Positions 26,539 to 35,552 of a stretch of DNA of 64,000 nt are shown in pieces. Below the pieces are notes generated by a model, which worked only from the letters and a program-made list of their open reading frames with translations, had not been told where the DNA came from and ran no database searches. Origin of the DNA: an uncultured Pseudomonadales bacterium. Lineage in GTDB: Bacteria; Pseudomonadota; Gammaproteobacteria; Pseudomonadales; Azotimanducaceae. How positions within the stretch are numbered: the stretch's first letter is position 1; every line of letters starts with the position of its first letter. The stretch is taken from the NCBI GenBank assembly GCA_951813295.1, contig CATOTI010000002.1, positions 2,674,522-2,738,521 on the forward strand. Direction: 5' to 3'. The translations under genes and the position numbers were made by a program.

Positions 26539-27591
26539 TCAGCCGCCGACATGCCAAGCGGGTGGAATCTCGGTCGGTGCCAGCGGCGTGACACTGATCG
26601 TATCGAGTGTCGCATCGGTCTGAATCGAGACCGTGACCTTGTCGTGCTCGCGGCCTTGCGAATAGCGCGCAAGGAGGCGAGCGGCGAGTTCGAGATCGCT
26701 TCGCGTCGCGGAGCCGTCGACGAGCGCGAGCGGACCCTGGACGTCGACAGTGCGCAGGTGCACGAATTGCTTTCGATATCCCTCGAGGAATCGGTTCTCA
26801 CCCTCTTCGCGGCCGATGATCAGCTTGAAATGTTCGGCGGGACGAATATGGCGGCCGACCTTGAGAAGGAGGATGTCGTCCATCTCGTAGTCGCGCACAC
26901 CGCGTGCCGCCCAGAGATCCGCCAACTTCGCGGAGTACCGTTCGTCGGTCAAGAAGCAACATCCCCCGGCAGGCTGTGCGTAATCGCTGAAGCCGAAACG
27001 GGCGGCGAGTTCCATCTGCGGTTTGCGGTTGCGGCCGTGAAAGCCGAAGAGCGCATCACGATCAACCCAGCCCTCACGCTCCGCCAAGGTCGGTTCCAGG
27101 AGTTTGGCCGATAACGGCCGCAGCAAACGATCGTCGGCACCCGACTCCCGCGCGATGATCGGCATCGTCTCTTTGCGCTGCGACTTCGGGCGCTGGCCGA
27201 TCACCTCGCCGGTGACGATGAAGTCGAAATCACCGCCCTCGAGAACGCTCAACGCGACAGTTTGATTGACCATGAAGATCTTGCAGTCGAGGCATGGGTT
27301 CAGGTTCGCGCCGTAGCCGTGTTTTGGGTTGAGCACGATGTCTTTGTAATCGGTCGAGATGTCGATGATCTCGAGGGGAATCCCCAACTGCTCGGCAACC
27401 CAAAGCGCGTTGTTCCGCTTGGCCTTTTTCTTGTCCTTTGCACGAATCGCGTGCGTGTGTCCCTCGACGCAGAAGCCGGTGTAGAAATTGACGCCGACGA
27501 CCTCCACGCCCTGGTCGATCACGATCTTGGCGGCGAGCAGCGAATCAAGGCCACCCGAGATGAGCGCAGCTGCGCGTCGCGTCGTCGTCAT
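26539..27591 (-). CDS. PP-loop ATP pyrophosphatase superfamily protein (MnmA/ThiI-like putative thiolase)
   Basis: It has an N-terminal SGGLDS PP-loop, Cys motifs NPCLDCK and AGGCCFLTD, and about 100 unassigned C-terminal residues. Confidence 0.75.
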   Translation of the reverse strand: MTTTRRAAALISGGLDSLLAAKIVIDQGVEVVGVNFYTGFCVEGHTHAIRAKDKKKAKRNNALWVAEQLGIPLEIIDISTDYKDIVLNPKHGYGANLNPCLDCKIFMVNQTVALSVLEGGDFDFIVTGEVIGQRPKSQRKETMPIIARESGADDRLLRPLSAKLLEPTLAEREGWVDRDALFGFHGRNRKPQMELAARFGFSDYAQPAGGCCFLTDERYSAKLADLWAARGVRDYEMDDILLLKVGRHIRPAEHFKLIIGREEGENRFLEGYRKQFVHLRTVDVQGPLALVDGSATRSDLELAARLLARYSQGREHDKVTVSIQTDATLDTISVTPLAPTEIPPAWHVGG

Positions 27592-27663
27592 TCGGGTGTG
27601 GTCTCTCGATGGGGGCGCGGTATTTTACGTATTCCAAGGCGGGCGGCTAGCGGGTGTGTTTCT

Positions 27664-28101
27664 TTGAAAGCTCTGTTGCAGCGGGTGGCGAGGGCGTCAG
27701 TCTCGGTTGATGGCGCCGAGGTCTCGGCCATCGAGCAAGGACTCCTGATCCTTTTAGGGGTCGAACGCGGTGACGAGGTCGAGACGGCCGACCGCCTCGC
27801 CGTCAAAGCCGCTAAGCTCAGGATCTTCGCGGACGATCATCGACCGATGAATCGCAGCGTCGTCGACGTCCAGGGTTCCGTGCTCGTCGTCTCTCAGTTC
27901 ACGCTCGCCGCGGACGTCAAGCGGGGCAATCGTCCGGGCTTCTCGAACGCTGCCGAGCCTGGCGTCGCCGAAGCGCTCTATTTGCATTTCGTCGACGTCA
28001 TGGCTCGGCACGTGAAACACGTCGCGACCGGGCGTTTCGGTACGGACATGGCGATCAGCCTCGTCAACGACGGTCCCGTGACCATCTGGCTCGAGTCCTA
28101 G
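27664..28101 (+). CDS. dtd: D-aminoacyl-tRNA deacylase
   Basis: The 145-aa product starts at TTG. KALLQRVARASV...VVSQFTLAAD...SLVNDGPVTIWL is co-linear with E. coli Dtd. Confidence 0.9.
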   Translation: MKALLQRVARASVSVDGAEVSAIEQGLLILLGVERGDEVETADRLAVKAAKLRIFADDHRPMNRSVVDVQGSVLVVSQFTLAADVKRGNRPGFSNAAEPGVAEALYLHFVDVMARHVKHVATGRFGTDMAISLVNDGPVTIWLES

Positions 28102-28889
28102 GTCGCGTCCTCGATCAGATCCTTGCGATGCGTTTTCTCGTACAGGCGCCCGAAGATGATGCCGATTTCGAACAAGATCCACGTCGGAACGGCGAGCAAT
28201 ACCTGACTGATCACGTCCGGCGGCGTCAGCAGCATGCCAATGAAGAAGCAACCAACGATCACGTAGGGACGTTTCGTCGCGATGCTCGAGGCACTGGAAA
28301 GTCCCGTCATGATGATCAAGAGCACGGCGATCGGGACTTCGAAAGCGATTCCGAACGCGAGGAACATCTTGAGGACGAAGTCGACGTAATAGGAGATATC
28401 CGTCGACATCGTGACCCCCACGGGGGTCACGCTCGCGAAGAACTCGAATACGAGCGGAAACACCAGGAAGTACGAGAACGCCATGCCGAGGTAGAAGAGC
28501 ACGATGCTCGACGTCAGAAGCGGCGCTGCGAAGCGTTTCTCGCGCAGATAGAGTCCCGGTGAAATGAAGCCCCAGACCTGGTGCAAGAGGAACGGCATGC
28601 CGACGAAGACTGCCGTATAGACGGCGAGTTTGAACGGCGTCAGAAACGGGCTCGCCACCTGTGTGGCGATCATGTCGCCGGGCAACTCGTCCCGCAGCGG
28701 TTTCGAGATGAACTCGAAAACTTCTGCGTGGTAAACGTAGATCGGAATGAATAACAGAACGATCAGCCCTAGGCTTCGCAGGATCCGGCTGCGGAGCTCA
28801 ATGACGTGCGAGAGAAAGGGTTGTTCGTCGTTGTCGACCTTTTCGTCGTGATCGACTTCAACCGGCGGTTTGTCGCTTTCTTCGGCCAT
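28098..28889 (-). CDS. tatC: twin-arginine translocase subunit TatC
   Basis: It has six TM segments and the motifs HVIELRSRIL and PPDVISQ. Confidence 0.95.
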   Translation of the reverse strand: MAEESDKPPVEVDHDEKVDNDEQPFLSHVIELRSRILRSLGLIVLLFIPIYVYHAEVFEFISKPLRDELPGDMIATQVASPFLTPFKLAVYTAVFVGMPFLLHQVWGFISPGLYLREKRFAAPLLTSSIVLFYLGMAFSYFLVFPLVFEFFASVTPVGVTMSTDISYYVDFVLKMFLAFGIAFEVPIAVLLIIMTGLSSASSIATKRPYVIVGCFFIGMLLTPPDVISQVLLAVPTWILFEIGIIFGRLYEKTHRKDLIEDAT

Positions 28890-28891
28890 CG

Positions 28892-29329
28892 CTACGGTTT
28901 CTTGCTCGACGGACCCGGAGCGCTCTCGTCAGCTTCACCGCTCGACGTCGATGCGGGCGCGCTTTCGGTCGCGGGCTCGGTGCCTTCTGACGACGGTTCG
29001 ACGCCGCCGTTCGAACCGGTCTCCGTCGCCGGCTTGGCGATGGGGTTGTCGTCGAGAAAGGTCGGCTGCTTGAGCTCCTGACCGATGGAGTCGACTTCGC
29101 GACGCATGCGCTCGACGTCCTCCATGATCTGTTCGTTGTGTAACTGCCGGCGAACTTCATCCATGCCGATTTCGCGCTCGATCTCGGTCTTCACATGTGT
29201 GTAGGAGCGCCGCAGCCGACCAAGCATCAGACCCAGCGAACGGAGTGCTCCGGGCAGGCGTTCGGGTCCCAGAACGAGCAGCGCGACGACCGCGGCCAGC
29301 ATGAGTTCCGGAAAGCCGATATCGAACAT
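28892..29329 (-). CDS. tatB: twin-arginine translocase subunit TatB
   Basis: [26 protein letters not shown] is followed by an amphipathic helix and an acidic tail. Confidence 0.9.
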   Translation of the reverse strand: MFDIGFPELMLAAVVALLVLGPERLPGALRSLGLMLGRLRRSYTHVKTEIEREIGMDEVRRQLHNEQIMEDVERMRREVDSIGQELKQPTFLDDNPIAKPATETGSNGGVEPSSEGTEPATESAPASTSSGEADESAPGPSSKKP

Positions 29330-29563
29330 TTAGCTGCTGCGGTGTTCTTCGGTCTTTTGCGCCGTACTCGCGGTCTCGACGCTTTCGTTTTCGATGACTT
29401 TCTCATCGGGGGCAGCATCGGCTTCGCGCTCGGCGACGGCACTGCGGAACCCCTTGATGGCATTGCCAAGGTCCGAACCCAGTGTTTTCAGGCGTCGTGG
29501 TCCGAAAATGAGGAGCACGATCGCAAGTATGATGAGCAGTTCCCACGGGCCCATACCGAACAT
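29330..29563 (-). CDS. tatA: twin-arginine translocase subunit TatA
   Basis: The sequence is [33 protein letters not shown]. Confidence 0.9.
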   Translation of the reverse strand: MFGMGPWELLIILAIVLLIFGPRRLKTLGSDLGNAIKGFRSAVAEREADAAPDEKVIENESVETASTAQKTEEHRSS

Positions 29564-29652
29564 TTGTCACCTCCATGGGGGGTGGTCAAAACGGACCGCA
29601 TTATAGACAGCTCTCTCGCTTCGCTACTCGATGTTCGTTAGGCCTTGAATCG

Positions 29653-31284
29653 TCAACGCATGAGCGGGATGAGGAGTGCGCAGACGAGCACGACGCCCGC
29701 TGCCGGGATGAGAGATGCCGCACCAGCAAGCATCGCACCGATCGCGCCCAGGCCGATCGCGACGGCGACGAATCTCGCGAGCTTGAGGCGCTGGTCCCGG
29801 TTCTGCTTCTCGACGATGGCCTGATCGACCGCGGCCAGTTCGCGCGTCGCGAGCCTCTCGAGGCTCGAGAGTCGTCGCGGTAGCGAGGCGAGGACTTCCG
29901 GAAGTGCCGGTAAGGCTTCCAGGAGATCGTTACCGTGTTCGCGCACGTTGCGCACCAGTCCGGTGGGACCGTAGCGATCGCTCATCCAGCGTTCCATGAA
30001 AGGCTTCGCCGTGCTCCAGAGGTCGAGTTCGGGATAGAGCTGGCGTCCTAGCCCCTCGATGTTGAGCAGCGTCTTCTGCAGCAGGACGAGTTGCGGCTGC
30101 ACCTCCATGTCGAAACGCCGTGCTGTGTTGAAGAGCGACAACAGGAAGTGGCCGAAGGAGATCTCCGACAACGGGCGGCGAAAGAGGGGCGTGCAGAGTT
30201 GGCGGATCACTGCTTCGAACTCACGCACGTTGGTGCTCGCTGGGACCCAGCCGGACTGTACGTGGAGCTCGGCGATCGCCCGGTAGTCCTGGTTGAAGAA
30301 CGCGAGGATGTTGCGCGCAAGGTAGGACTGATCCTCGAGCGTCAGTTGGCCGATGATGGCGCAGTCGATCGCGATGTAGCTCGGCTCGGACGGGTCTGTC
30401 AGGTCGACGAAGATGTTGCCCGGGTGCATGTCGGCATGAAAAAAGTTGTCGACGAAGACCTGGGTGAAAAACGTTTCCACGCCACGCTCGGCGAGTTTCT
30501 TCATGTCCGTGCCGCGCGCCTTCAACTCGTCGATATTCGAGATCGGTACGCCATAGACGCGATCAGCGACCAGCACGGATTCGGCGCAGAGATCCCAATG
30601 TACTTGCGGCGCGGAAAGCAGCGGCGAGTCCTTGAAGTTCGCGCGCAACGTCTCGGTATTGGCGGCTTCGATCAGGAGATTGAGTTCGCTGGTGATCGTC
30701 GCATCGTAATCGTCGACGACGTCGACCAACCGGAGCCGACGGGCGTCGTGCGAGACACGCATGAGCCACGTCGCCATCGTGCGCATCAGCCGAACGTCTT
30801 TTTCGATCGTCGGTTCGATATCGGGGCGGATGACCTTGACGACGATGTGATGGCCTTCGCTCAGCTCCGCGGCGTGCACTTGAGCGAGGCTTGCCGACGC
30901 CATCGGCTCTCGCTCGAAGCAATGGAATGCTTCGTTGATCGGCTTCTCGAGTTGAGCTTCGATGATCGAGGTGGCAACAGCGGGGTCGAACGGCGGGACG
31001 CGGTCCTGCAATCTTGCGAGCTCGTCGGCGTATTCGACCGGCAACAGATCCCGTCTCGTCGAAAGGATCTGGCCGAACTTGATGAACACGGGACCGAGAT
31101 CTTCGAGCGCCTGGCGGAACCGAACTGCGTCGTCCTCACGTGGAGACGGCAATAACGAAAATGGCGAATACCTCAGCCACCAGGGGTTGTCCGTGAACTG
31201 AGCGACATTCCGGTCGAGCCGGTACTTCGCGACCGTGGCGACGATCTTCGACGTGCGGGCGACGTCGCCGGCCCACTTGATCAT
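29653..31284 (-). CDS. ubiB: ubiquinone biosynthesis regulatory protein kinase UbiB
   Basis: It has an ABC1/UbiB kinase-like core (ASLAQVHAA, HADMHPGNIFV) and C-terminal TM segments. The ubiE-ubiJ-ubiB order is conserved. Confidence 0.95.
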   Translation of the reverse strand: MIKWAGDVARTSKIVATVAKYRLDRNVAQFTDNPWWLRYSPFSLLPSPREDDAVRFRQALEDLGPVFIKFGQILSTRRDLLPVEYADELARLQDRVPPFDPAVATSIIEAQLEKPINEAFHCFEREPMASASLAQVHAAELSEGHHIVVKVIRPDIEPTIEKDVRLMRTMATWLMRVSHDARRLRLVDVVDDYDATITSELNLLIEAANTETLRANFKDSPLLSAPQVHWDLCAESVLVADRVYGVPISNIDELKARGTDMKKLAERGVETFFTQVFVDNFFHADMHPGNIFVDLTDPSEPSYIAIDCAIIGQLTLEDQSYLARNILAFFNQDYRAIAELHVQSGWVPASTNVREFEAVIRQLCTPLFRRPLSEISFGHFLLSLFNTARRFDMEVQPQLVLLQKTLLNIEGLGRQLYPELDLWSTAKPFMERWMSDRYGPTGLVRNVREHGNDLLEALPALPEVLASLPRRLSSLERLATRELAAVDQAIVEKQNRDQRLKLARFVAVAIGLGAIGAMLAGAASLIPAAGVVLVCALLIPLMR

Positions 31285-31784
31285 TGCTGCTCGAGCTGCT
31301 CGATTCGTTTGTTGAGTCGCTCGATCGTCGCCTTGAGTTCGCGTATCTCATCGTCGCGATCTACCGGAGGCGCTGAAGGCGAGACGCCGCGGAGTCCCTC
31401 GAATGCCGATTGCACCGCGGCCACGCCGACACGTGTCGCATCCTGTAAATCGGTGAGCACGTCTTTCGGATCGAAGTTCGGTCGAAAAGACGTGATGAAA
31501 TCGTCGATCAGCTCCAGATCCCCCAGGCGCGCTGCTTCCGAGCCGAAACCGCCGAGCTCGGCGAAGACCGCCGGCATCGAACCCCGCACGGTGGCATCAG
31601 CGGTCGCGTCGTCATCTTCGAGGACTTCGACGTCGGCGTTGGCGAAAACGATCAGCCAACGGGCGTCAGGCATGTCGAGTGCGATTGAACGGCCCTCCAG
31701 CCGCTCGGCGGCGAACCGCGCGCGGCTGTTGAGGCGGGTCGCGCCACGAAGGGCGGACTGGAACGACTGAGTGAAGGGGTTCAT
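31281..31784 (-). CDS. ubiJ: ubiquinone biosynthesis accessory factor UbiJ (SCP2-like)
   Basis: It sits between ubiE and ubiB with 4-nt overlaps at both ends. The N-terminal part is SCP2-like and the tail is a C-terminal coiled coil. Confidence 0.75.
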   Translation of the reverse strand: MNPFTQSFQSALRGATRLNSRARFAAERLEGRSIALDMPDARWLIVFANADVEVLEDDDATADATVRGSMPAVFAELGGFGSEAARLGDLELIDDFITSFRPNFDPKDVLTDLQDATRVGVAAVQSAFEGLRGVSPSAPPVDRDDEIRELKATIERLNKRIEQLEQQ

Positions 31785-32512
31785 TTGACTCCTCGGTGCA
31801 TGGCGGCTGCGCCGAAAAAGAAATTCTCGAACGCCGTGTGCCGGAATCCGGCGTCCACCAGCATGGTCTCGAGTTCGCGCTGGTGGGGGTGGCGTTCGAT
31901 CGATTCGACGAGATACTCGTACGGTTGTGCTTCGCCGACCACGTATTTGCCGACCAACGGCCACGTGGACTTGAACGCTTCATATGCGTCGCGCAGCAGC
32001 GGGTTCTCGATATGCGAGAACTCGAGCACGACGAGGACGCCGCCGGGCGCGAGCACGCGATGCATTTCGGCGAGCCCGACGGCCTTGTCGGTGAAATTCC
32101 TGAGCCCGAAAGCGATGGTGACGGCGTGGAAATGATCGTCGGGAAACGGCAAGGCCGATCCATCGGCCTGCACGTAGCGGATGTTTTCGGCCGGTTCGCT
32201 CGTAAGCCGCTCTCGGCCGACGGTGAGCATGGCGGCGTTGATATCGGTGAGTGTCACGGATCCGGTCGGACCGACCACGTCGCTCAAGAGAAGTGCCAGA
32301 TCGCCGGTGCCGCCGGCCAGGTCGAGCGCCCGGTTGCCGTGTCGCAGCGCCGTCCATTCGATGGCGGCACGCTTCATGAGGCGATGCGTGCCGAGCGACA
32401 TGAGATCGTTCATCGCGTCGTATCGTGGCGCGACGCGGCGGAAGACCTCGCCGACGCGGGCGGTCTTCTCCTGCGGCGTCACTTTGATCGAGCCGAAGTC
32501 GACGGTCTTCAT
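31781..32512 (-). CDS. ubiE: bifunctional demethylmenaquinone / 2-methoxy-6-polyprenyl-1,4-benzoquinol methyltransferase
   Basis: Motifs VFRRVAPRYDAMNDLMSLGTHR, LDLAGGTGD and APGGVLVVLEFS are present. Confidence 0.95.
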   Translation of the reverse strand: MKTVDFGSIKVTPQEKTARVGEVFRRVAPRYDAMNDLMSLGTHRLMKRAAIEWTALRHGNRALDLAGGTGDLALLLSDVVGPTGSVTLTDINAAMLTVGRERLTSEPAENIRYVQADGSALPFPDDHFHAVTIAFGLRNFTDKAVGLAEMHRVLAPGGVLVVLEFSHIENPLLRDAYEAFKSTWPLVGKYVVGEAQPYEYLVESIERHPHQRELETMLVDAGFRHTAFENFFFGAAAMHRGVK

Positions 32513-32563
32513 GGCATCAGTCTAGCGGCCCGGTCGTCGCGGCCGTGTGTGGAATTTCTGCGA

Positions 32564-32956
32564 TTATGTCTTGCGCGGTGTCCACGTACCGACCGGAATC
32601 GCGGGGAGTCGCGATGCGTTCGCCGCGTCGAGTTCGGCTTCGTAGTCTGCCCAGAATCGATCCTGATTCGTGCCCAACTCATTGAGGTATTCCCAGGCAT
32701 AGATGCCCGTGTCATGACCGTCGTCGAAAGTGATCTTGATGGCGTAGTTGCCTACCGCTTCGATGTTGGTGATGGAGACGTGTTTCTTGCCCGTCTGCAT
32801 CTTGCGCTCGCCGGCGTTGTGACCACGAACCTCCGCTGAGGGCGAATACACGCGCAGAAGCTCGGCAGGGAGCGCTACGGCGGATCCGTCGGCATAACCG
32901 AGCTCGAGCGTCTTGTCGGCGGAGTGATAGGTGATTTTGCTGGGGGCGCCGTTCAT
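32564..32956 (-). CDS. DUF971 (gamma-butyrobetaine hydroxylase-like N-terminal) domain protein
   Basis: LRVYSPSAEVRGH...ITNIEAVGNYAIKITFDDGHDTGIYAWEYL is typical of DUF971. Confidence 0.85.
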   Translation of the reverse strand: MNGAPSKITYHSADKTLELGYADGSAVALPAELLRVYSPSAEVRGHNAGERKMQTGKKHVSITNIEAVGNYAIKITFDDGHDTGIYAWEYLNELGTNQDRFWADYEAELDAANASRLPAIPVGTWTPRKT

Positions 32957-32965
32957 TAGCGGCGT

Positions 32966-34285
32966 CTACAGGATGTAGCGCGAGAGGTCGCGATCACGTG
33001 CGACCCCGGCGAGTTGTTCTTCGACGTACTCGGCATCGATGGTGGTGCTGCCGGACCCGTCGGCGTCGAACGAGATCGAATCGAGCAGTCGCTCCATGAC
33101 CGTGTGGAGGCGGCGCGCGCCGATGTTCTCGGTGTTCTCGTTCACCTCCCACGAAATCTGGGCAATTCGAGCCAAGGCGTCTTCGGTGAAGTCGATCCGG
33201 ACGCCCTCGGTCGCGAGTAAGGCCTTGTACTGCTCGGTTAGCGAGGCGTTGGGCTCGGAGAGTATGCGGCGGAAATCGTCTGGCGTGAGTGCTGCGAGTT
33301 CGACACGAATCGGCAGTCGGCCCTGCAATTCGGGAATCAGATCCGAGGGTTTCGCGAGGTGGAAGGCGCCGGACGCGATGAAGAGGATGTGGTCGGTCTT
33401 CACCATACCGTACTTGGTCGACACGGTGCTTCCCTCTATGAGCGGCAAGAGGTCACGTTGCACCCCTTCGCGTGATACGTCGGCGCCGTGTGATTCGGAT
33501 CGTTTGGCGACCTTGTCGAGCTCGTCGAGGAAGACGATGCCCGTCTGTTCGACGGAAGCGACCGCCTCCGATTTGAGCTCGTCCTCGTTGACGAGCTTCA
33601 TCGCTTCTTCTTCGCGCAGGCGCTTCAACGCGTCGCGAATCTTCATTCGTGTGGACTTGCTTCGCCCGTTCGGCATGTTGGCGAACATGCCCTGCAGTTG
33701 GTTGGTGAGATCCTCCATGCCGGGTGGTGCCATGATTTCGACGCCGATGTTGGCTTCGACTTCGATCTCGATCTCTTTGTCGTCCAGCTGTCCCTCGCGA
33801 AGCTTTTTGCGGAACGTCTGTCGGGTGGCGGAATCGGCGGACTGGCCGGATTCGAAGCCGACCGACTTGGGCGCCGGCAGCAGCGCATCGAGGATGCGGT
33901 CTTCGGCCGCGTCGTCCGCGCGGTGCTGAACGCGCTCCATCGCCTGTTCGCGCAGCATCTTGATCGCGACGTCCGTGAGGTCCCGCACGATCGACTCGAC
34001 GTCGCGTCCGACGTAACCCACTTCGGTGAACTTGGTTGCTTCGATCTTGATGAAGGGCGCGTTGGAGAGTTTCGCGAGTCGCCGAGCGATCTCGGTTTTG
34101 CCGACGCCGGTCGGGCCGATCATGAGGATGTTCTTTGGCGTCACCTCGTCACGCAGCCCGTCGTCGAGCTGCATCCGGCGCCAGCGATTACGCAACGCGA
34201 TCGCGACGGCTCGTTTGGCGTCGTCCTGGCCGATGATGTGCTTGTCGAGTTCGTGCACGATCTCGCGTGGCGTCATCGTCGTCAT
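32966..34285 (-). CDS. hslU: ATP-dependent protease ATPase subunit HslU
   Basis: [34 protein letters not shown] and a Walker A motif [15 protein letters not shown] are present. ATG 34285 overlaps the hslV stop. The longer track ORF is an Arg-rich upstream artefact. Confidence 0.95.
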   Translation of the reverse strand: MTTMTPREIVHELDKHIIGQDDAKRAVAIALRNRWRRMQLDDGLRDEVTPKNILMIGPTGVGKTEIARRLAKLSNAPFIKIEATKFTEVGYVGRDVESIVRDLTDVAIKMLREQAMERVQHRADDAAEDRILDALLPAPKSVGFESGQSADSATRQTFRKKLREGQLDDKEIEIEVEANIGVEIMAPPGMEDLTNQLQGMFANMPNGRSKSTRMKIRDALKRLREEEAMKLVNEDELKSEAVASVEQTGIVFLDELDKVAKRSESHGADVSREGVQRDLLPLIEGSTVSTKYGMVKTDHILFIASGAFHLAKPSDLIPELQGRLPIRVELAALTPDDFRRILSEPNASLTEQYKALLATEGVRIDFTEDALARIAQISWEVNENTENIGARRLHTVMERLLDSISFDADGSGSTTIDAEYVEEQLAGVARDRDLSRYIL

Positions 34286-34872
34286 AGTGTCTCTACGGTC
34301 GCGTTGTGATTGGTGTAGATGCAGATATCGGCGGCGACTTGAAGGCTTTTCTTGACGATCGTCGCAGCGTCGAGGTCCGTCTCGTCGATTAGTGCCCGAG
34401 CGGAAGCCTGCGCGTACGGGCCGCCGGACCCGATCGCGATGAGTCCGTCCTCCGGTTCGATGACGTCGCCATTGCCGGAAATGATCAGTGAGGTCGTTCG
34501 ATCGGCGACGGCGAGCAGGGCTTCGAGTTGGCGTAGCGCTCGATCGGAGCGCCATTCGTTGGCGAGTTCAACGGCCGCTCGCGTCAGGTGGCCCTGATAC
34601 TTCTCGAGTGCACCCTCGAACCGTTCGAATAACGTGAACGCATCGGCCGTGCCGCCGGCGAACCCGGCGAGCACTTGGTCCTTGTAGACGCGTCGGACCT
34701 TGCGTGCGTTGCCTTTCATGATCGTGTGGCCGACGGTCACCTGGCCGTCACCGCCCAGGACGACGGCGTCGTTTCGCCGCACCGAAAGAATGGTCGTTCC
34801 GTGAAATTGTTCCAAGGTTCGGGGGAGATCGAAAGGGACGGGGATAGTGGGGAGCGAAGGTGCGAAATTCAA
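34282..34872 (-). CDS. hslV: ATP-dependent protease subunit HslV
   Basis: [24 protein letters not shown] contains the catalytic Thr. The start is uncertain: TTG 34872, or TTG 34815 which gives MEQFHGTTI. Confidence 0.9.
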   Translation of the reverse strand: MNFAPSLPTIPVPFDLPRTLEQFHGTTILSVRRNDAVVLGGDGQVTVGHTIMKGNARKVRRVYKDQVLAGFAGGTADAFTLFERFEGALEKYQGHLTRAAVELANEWRSDRALRQLEALLAVADRTTSLIISGNGDVIEPEDGLIAIGSGGPYAQASARALIDETDLDAATIVKKSLQVAADICIYTNHNATVETL

Positions 34873-34896
34873 GAAAATGTCGTTCGGGGTGCGCCT

Positions 34897-35484
34897 CTAT
34901 GGCGTCGGCGCGGCACGGCTCAGGAGCAACGGATCCAAGCCGGTTTCGCGCAGCCGGTTCATGGCCGAACCGGCCTTGAGCTTCGTCGCGTACGGGCCGA
35001 CCAGAACGCGATAGCGGGGTCCGCGGCCTTCGACTTCGACTTCGTCGAGCACGGCTTCCATGCCGGAAAGGATCAGTTCGCCGCGTAGTTTCGCAGCGTC
35101 GCCCGCATTGATGAACGAAGCGGTCTGGATGATGAACTCGCGGGGCGTATCCGGCTCAGGCGTCAGTTCTTCGTATGGTGTGACATCCGCCTCGACGTTG
35201 GTGTTCTTCAGGCGATCGAAGAACCGATAGCGCATGTCGTTGTCGCCGGGTTCGTCGTCGACCGACGCTGGAGCTGTTGATTCGGGCGTGACCTGGCCTG
35301 CGGGACGGAGGTCCGGAGAGATCTGCGCCTGCCATGGATTGTCGATGCCAACGAGCACGACGAAGGTCAGGATCGCGCCGAAAACAGATCCGGCACCGAA
35401 CGTCATCACGTTCTGAACGGCGCGTGACGGGTCGCCGTCCTTGGAGGAGGAACGCCGGTGGGCGCGTGCGTAGTCCTTCGGCAT
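34897..35484 (-). CDS. SPOR domain-containing membrane protein (FtsN-like by position)
   Basis: It has a single TM segment, a linker and a C-terminal SPOR-like domain (FIIQTASFINAGDAAKLRGEL...YRVLVGPYATKLKAGSAMNRL). It lies between priA and hslV, as ftsN does in E. coli. Confidence 0.7.
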   Translation of the reverse strand: MPKDYARAHRRSSSKDGDPSRAVQNVMTFGAGSVFGAILTFVVLVGIDNPWQAQISPDLRPAGQVTPESTAPASVDDEPGDNDMRYRFFDRLKNTNVEADVTPYEELTPEPDTPREFIIQTASFINAGDAAKLRGELILSGMEAVLDEVEVEGRGPRYRVLVGPYATKLKAGSAMNRLRETGLDPLLLSRAAPTP

Positions 35485-35552
35485 GTCGGCGGTCTATTCG
35501 GGTGTCCGGATCATACGTGATGGTGACCCGAACGAATCGCGCAATCGTCCGT

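Noticed and set aside
32966-34555. A 529-aa HslU would carry a 90-aa N-terminal extension.
   Set aside because: The extension is Arg-rich and overlaps hslV. The canonical HslU N-terminus ([17 protein letters not shown]) begins at ATG 34285, which overlaps the hslV stop.
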